Source: Eukaryota sp. TZLM1-RC (taxonomy: Eukaryota > Protista > Metamonada: BaSk clade). Taken from it: a stretch of 64,000 bases of DNA. The DNA lies in contig JAUPSS010000007.1 of the NCBI GenBank assembly GCA_040285825.1, positions 1,264,501 to 1,328,500 of the forward strand. The letters are read 5' to 3'. Position numbers and translations under genes: made by a program. This document shows, one piece after another, positions 58,999 to 64,000 of this stretch; the first letter of the stretch is position 1, and each line of letters begins with the position of its first letter. A model generated the notes under the pieces. The model saw only the letters and a list, made by a program, of their open reading frames with translations. It was not told where the DNA came from and did not search any database.

Positions 58999-61471
58999 TC
59001 ACAAGCTATTTGAGGCGGATCCCTCAAAATCTATGTTGCTAAAGCACTTCATTTTTGCAAACAACGATCAAAAACAGCAACTTGCCCATTCCCTAGCTAC
59101 AAGCCAGTGTTTTGTAGAAAATATTCCTGAAAATTACCGAAAAGTTGTCTGGAATAGTGCCTCTGCTGCTGATAAAGACCTCCTCTCTGGTGCTCCTCAG
59201 TTATCAAAAGAAGTCAAAGATTGGAGTCAAGTTCGAAGCAACATCAGAACATAGGCGATTGATCGTCCCAATGTGACTGTCTTGATAATCAATCGGTTGC
59301 CGATTGACCAAGTTTTTGTTTGTTTCGACCCTTTAAAACGTGATTTCACAGCATTGGTCTTCAACCTAGGAGTTTTCCAGTCGTAGAGGCTTTGATTAAC
59401 AAGGGTGTTGCTTTTTTAATTATCCAATTATTTTATTTCGACCATGTCTGGCAAGAATTAATTTCCAAAAATCCAGATTCAAGAAATTTAGTTGTAAAAT
59501 TATCAAAAAAACTCTACCCCTTCATGATCAACACTATTGGCCAAGATTTCATACCCAGAGCTTCCAAACCAAAGGATTATTACACACCAGAAGTTGAAAA
59601 TATGTTCAAAAATCTTGGGAATTCAATGGACCAGGTGATTAGGGATTCTGGGGCTGAATTAGTTAAAGTGAAACAAACTTTGGCTTTGTAATTTGGTTTA
59701 AATGTTCCAAAATTTATTGACTATCCTGAAAAACTGAGAGAGTTGAACATAAGATTAGTTATTAATGATTTAGATTTTTTCATTGCCGATCCTTTATTTA
59801 TTGATTCATTATGTGAAATTTTCCTTAAAGCAGACCATCATAACCGGCAACGTGTCATTATGAGACTGAAACCAATCGTTTTTGACCGGTCGCCTAAAGA
59901 TTTGATAGAATGTCTGCTTCATTGCGGTGGTAAGTTTCTTTATGTCTTGTTATTCGATCCCAATTTTCCATTATCAATTTGTTTTTACCTCAAGTATTTT
60001 ATTAAAGATTTCCTGTATGGCAAATCCTTAAGAAACTTTTTATCAAGGTTCCTCCTCCTCAACGCTACATTTTCAGTCTTGGGACCTGAATACGGGATGG
60101 AATTCATTGCTGTTTTATTTGACAATGTTCATCGAATTTTCAACAAAAAACCCGAATTAGCAGCTGAATTACAATCGGATGATTTATTTAAAGCAGCATT
60201 TTATTATAATTGTTTCGGATATAAGGAGAAGGATTTTGCACAGGCAATATTTGGTCCACCAGAGCCTTCCCCGATGAGCTCAAAGGAGCTCATGACGATT
60301 GACCTTGAAAATTTGGGCCAGTCAGCGCTGATTGCAATCTCAACTCACCCTTCTTGCGCTAAAAATTTGGTAGCAAAGCTCAAAATGTGCAAGACCTTTG
60401 TTGAACTTGAGAAATTCTGCAAGATTCTCAAAAAGAAAATGATGAATTGGCCCAGTTGGCTCTTTCACCAATCAGTTCGACTGTTCTCATTCATCTTTGG
60501 ACACTGTCTGAAGGCAAACCTGAATTCCGAGTTGTTATTTTAAATTCATTTGCACAACGGTTACCACAAATTATTAGAGATGTAAATGGAAGGTTTACTT
60601 TTTCAGGAATGTTTTGTCGATGTGGAAGTTCAAAACAAGATTTGCAATCATCTTTGAAAGAAATTTTGATAAATGATCTTTGTATATTGACCCTCAAAGA
60701 AGCGGTAACTGATGACTCCGTTGCAGTTTTAGTCAGTGCCTTTTTTTCGGTGAGTACGGAAGCCCAATATTTGAAATTACTCTCAATATTCCCTTTTGAT
60801 GACGTCTTGAAGCTTCGACATTGTTACGAAACTCCTCAATCAATCAACAATGATCGATTGACCGTCAAAGTCGATATTTACCCTACAAAAGCTCATTCCA
60901 GTATCGTTAATAAGGCTAAGGAACTCAACAGCATGGGTGATCATACCAACGCTCTCAAGGAGATCACCCCAATTGCTACACTTGTGGTGAGGAAGGAGCC
61001 ATTGTGGATTGCTGACTTTATCCAAAAAGTACAAGACGAAACTGTCATTAAGGAATTCATCAGAGAGGCTGGTTCTGAATTAACCACACCTAATTCTTTC
61101 CTCTTTTTGAAACAATATTGAATATAGAGGTGCCTTCAGTGCAAAATGATTTGCTTGATATTTTTGCAGATGGAGCTGGTTCATTAATAAGAAATCCAAA
61201 TATTTGCCACGCTCTTTCGACTTTTCCAAGACATACGTTAGTAACAGATAGACTCTTCTCCATACTCCAACAATCAAAAACAATTGATTATTTGGTTTCA
61301 AATTTTGGCAAACATAGTGGTTGTCGGCGTTTGCATTCCGGTCTAAGGTCTACTGTCTCCCCTCACACTTGGAATTACTTTCTAGAATGGGGTCAACGGG
61401 AGCTTCAGCATGCAGTGGTTAGGGCGAGGGGAAAGTATGATTTTGATGAAATTTGGGTAAATAAGATTTGA
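58999..61471 (+). pseudogene. 5'-truncated, frameshifted copy of the PUF-like gene at 12209-15199
   Basis: Five ORF pieces are near-identical to the 996-aa protein from HKLFEADPSK to EIWVNKI. Confidence 0.93.
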
Positions 61472-61499
61472 TAATTGATATATTTATTGAATTTCCACA

Positions 61500-62060
61500 C
61501 TTAATTAATTAATACAGTTGCTTGTTTCACAATATTAAAATCACTAATAAGCACAACATCATCCATATATGCAATCATTTTTAGCGAAGGAAACATCTCT
61601 TGAATTTGCAATAAAATGGGATGAATGGTCAAACAAAACAAAAGAAGGGTTAACGGATCTCCTTGCTTTACACCACTTGATGAACTCAAAATGCTATCAC
61701 CAAAATGTAAATTAGAACATGTGCTATATGTTAATTGAAAATACGGCATTAATTCCGGCATATATTGCAATAAAGCACCATGGATACTGTGACGACTGAG
61801 TGAATTGAATGCATTACTAAAATCCAATGACATACAAACGTTGGATTCATTTTGGCGAAATAAAACATCAGTTTCAAATATCGCTGAAGAGACTCCATCT
61901 GTGCTATTAATTCCATATTTAATAGGTAATAAAAATTTTTTGCTTTCTCATTGAACCTGCTTAAGCAACACGCAGAAAAATTATTATACAAGCTCTCAGA
62001 AACTGCAATAGGACGAACATCCATTTTTGAATTTTTGACAAGTGCAGTCAAACGAGAACT
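61500..62060 (-). mobile_element. Family A RT fragment
   Basis: VRPIAVSE, DFSNAFNSL, GVKQGDPL and YMDD. Confidence 0.85.
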
Positions 62061-62084
62061 TCTTCATTCTTCTGGGTATTTGCG

Positions 62085-62851
62085 TTGAGCACGTCGATTC
62101 AATACTGTGAGAACAAATTTCTTTGGAGATTTAGTAGAAGTTTGTCCATCAATAATTCCTTATGATGCATTTTTTAGTCCTAAATTTGGTGGAGTTGATT
62201 TTTCAAAAGCAGAGTGCTTTTATTGGAAATATGAAAAATTTTCTTTTTGAGTGGAAACGTCGTTTTGATCATATTCCTTTGAATGAATCACATCCTTTAT
62301 TAATTTTGCTTGAAAACATGGTGCAGGAACTACCTGTTGATGGGTGGAATAAGTGTTTTCCTTCAATTTTGCCTTCTGTACCTTCGAGATCTTTTACCAA
62401 TCTTCATCTTGCTGTTGTGAATTTACAGAAGTCTGTTCTAATTGGTTTTAAAAACCCGGATTTTTCTAAACAACTTGGTGTGACTAAGATCAATAATCCC
62501 GTCTTTGCTGCCTTTTTATCAGACATCCAGAACTGCACTAGTTTAATATCTCAGCAACCAAGGCCATTTGGTCTTCACTTAACAAATGAAGCTTGGAAAC
62601 AAAACTTGCGGTTGAGATTAGGGCTGTATCCAAGTGGTCTTTTGGACAATTCTTATTGTATTTGTAAAAAAACCTACTGCTAATTTCCATCATATTGTGA
62701 GTTGTAAGAAATTTCTCCAATATAGGTCAGTTCTTCATAATGCAGTTCGTGATGTGACATATGAGATGTTTAAGTGTTACAATTTTAGTTGCAAGGTAGT
62801 ACCGTTGTTGAAGCATTATAGCGATAATAATCTGTTTAATTCACGTCGTGG
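62085..62851 (+). mobile_element. Family B fragment, interrupted at the RLE RRGD motif
   Basis: Continuous homology to 8738-8860 and 9640-10295. Confidence 0.85.
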
Positions 62852-64000
62852 TGTTAGCCTTGGATAATATTTATAATAGTTTATTTATAGTTTATTAATA
62901 GTTATTGTATTATTGCGCCCATGCGCTTAAGTTAAGGGAAATCCTCATTCCCTTGTAATAAATTACATTTAAGGTATACTCAATGTCTAACCCCCACAGA
63001 TCATCAATACGTATTGGATCACCTTTGGGTGGTTCCAATGACAACTCCGAGACTGTTAGGACTGATCCTCCTACGTCTCACTCTTCGAGTTCTTCCTCCC
63101 GAACTCCTCAGTCGGGACCAGAACAACCCTTGACAACTGGGTCTGAGGGAAGCAATGCTTCTCCTCCTCCTGTGTCAACTCCTCCCTCCGGAGATTCTGT
63201 TACACAACCCAATGTTTCAAGTTCTTCCTCCCAAACTCCTCAGTTGGGAACAGAACAACCCTCTGGTGGCGAGAGAGGTGATACTTCCTCTCAACCCTCG
63301 GGTCAAGGTTCCACTCCATCTACGGATGACGTTCCTGTGGTTTTTATCAGTCTTCCTGTTCCTCCCTCTAATGTGGAAAACTTTGTACCTCTTTCTCCTC
63401 CCCCTGGTTCTGAAGGAGAGGTTGAAGATTCCCTTTTAGGTCCTGAACAGTTCAGTACTTTAGATGAATATCTGAAGTATATCATCAACCAGACTGACCC
63501 TGACTCGGCTAGCAACAAGATATCTGAGCTGTTGAAGCTCAAGAGGGTAGAGCCTCCCTCTTCACCTATTGTTTGCGCTCCTGTTGCTCCTTCCACTTCT
63601 TCTACGGAAGCTCCTGGGGAAGGACAACAAATTCCTTCTACTTCTTCTTCGGAAGCTCCTGGGGAAGGACAACAAGCTCCTTCCATTCCTTCTAGGGAAG
63701 TTCCTATGGAAAGCAGCCCTCCGCAACAACCAGCTCCTCCTGCAGTCCCTGCTGGTAGCCCAAATCCTACTACTCCTTCTCAAGAAGTTCCTGTAGCAGG
63801 CCTTCCTGATACTTCTGCTCCTACTACGGTAGCTCCTACAGAAGTCCATTCAACTCCATCTGTTCCTCCTTCGGGAGTTCCTACTAGAGGAGTAATTCAT
63901 GTCCCTCCAACCTCTGGCCAGACTCCTCAGCAAGGTCACGTTGTTTCTTCTGTTCCTGCTGCTTGGCAGGTGCTTAGTGCTGCACAGCCTAACACCTATC
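62852..64000 (+). mobile_element. Probable LTR retroelement: 116-bp LTR (62852-62967) and a Pro/Ser-rich gag-like ORF from 62983 that runs off the window
   Basis: TGTTA...TTACA block containing AATAAA interrupts family B. ORF MSNPHRSSIR... stays open to 64000 and is much more GC-rich than its flanks. Confidence 0.55.

Noticed and set aside
1-61471. One giant inverted duplication explaining both paralogue pairs
   Set aside because: The order LRR then PUF is the same on both sides rather than mirrored, and the intervening DNA differs.

Overview
AT-rich, compact eukaryotic (protist-like) genomic DNA with spliceosomal micro-introns of 28-32 nt. The organism cannot be established from the sequence; a free-living metamonad is my unverified guess. 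Core genes: a Rex1-like DEDDh exonuclease, ornithine aminotransferase, a Sec23/24-like protein with one in-frame TGA, and an Scc2/NIPBL cohesin loader carrying a PHD finger. Accessory genes: a RING-kinase-coiled-coil-LRR gene and its kinase-less paralogue, a Pumilio-like repeat gene and its pseudogene, a mono-ADP-ribosyltransferase, a GNAT-membrane fusion, and a small secreted protein. These are islands in dense mobile DNA. About five families of CRE-like RLE non-LTR retrotransposons (my labels A-E) are nested in each other with 11-14 bp TSDs and a shared (A)ATC target motif. There is also a Ty3/Gypsy chromovirus with 82-bp LTRs, a second probable LTR element, and a 2.8-kb inverted duplication. 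The highlights are two unrelated Fanzor (eukaryotic TnpB) relics, one followed by a structured candidate omegaRNA, and a decayed giant-virus-like IBR ligase gene. All calls come from manual motif reading; fragment boundaries are approximate.
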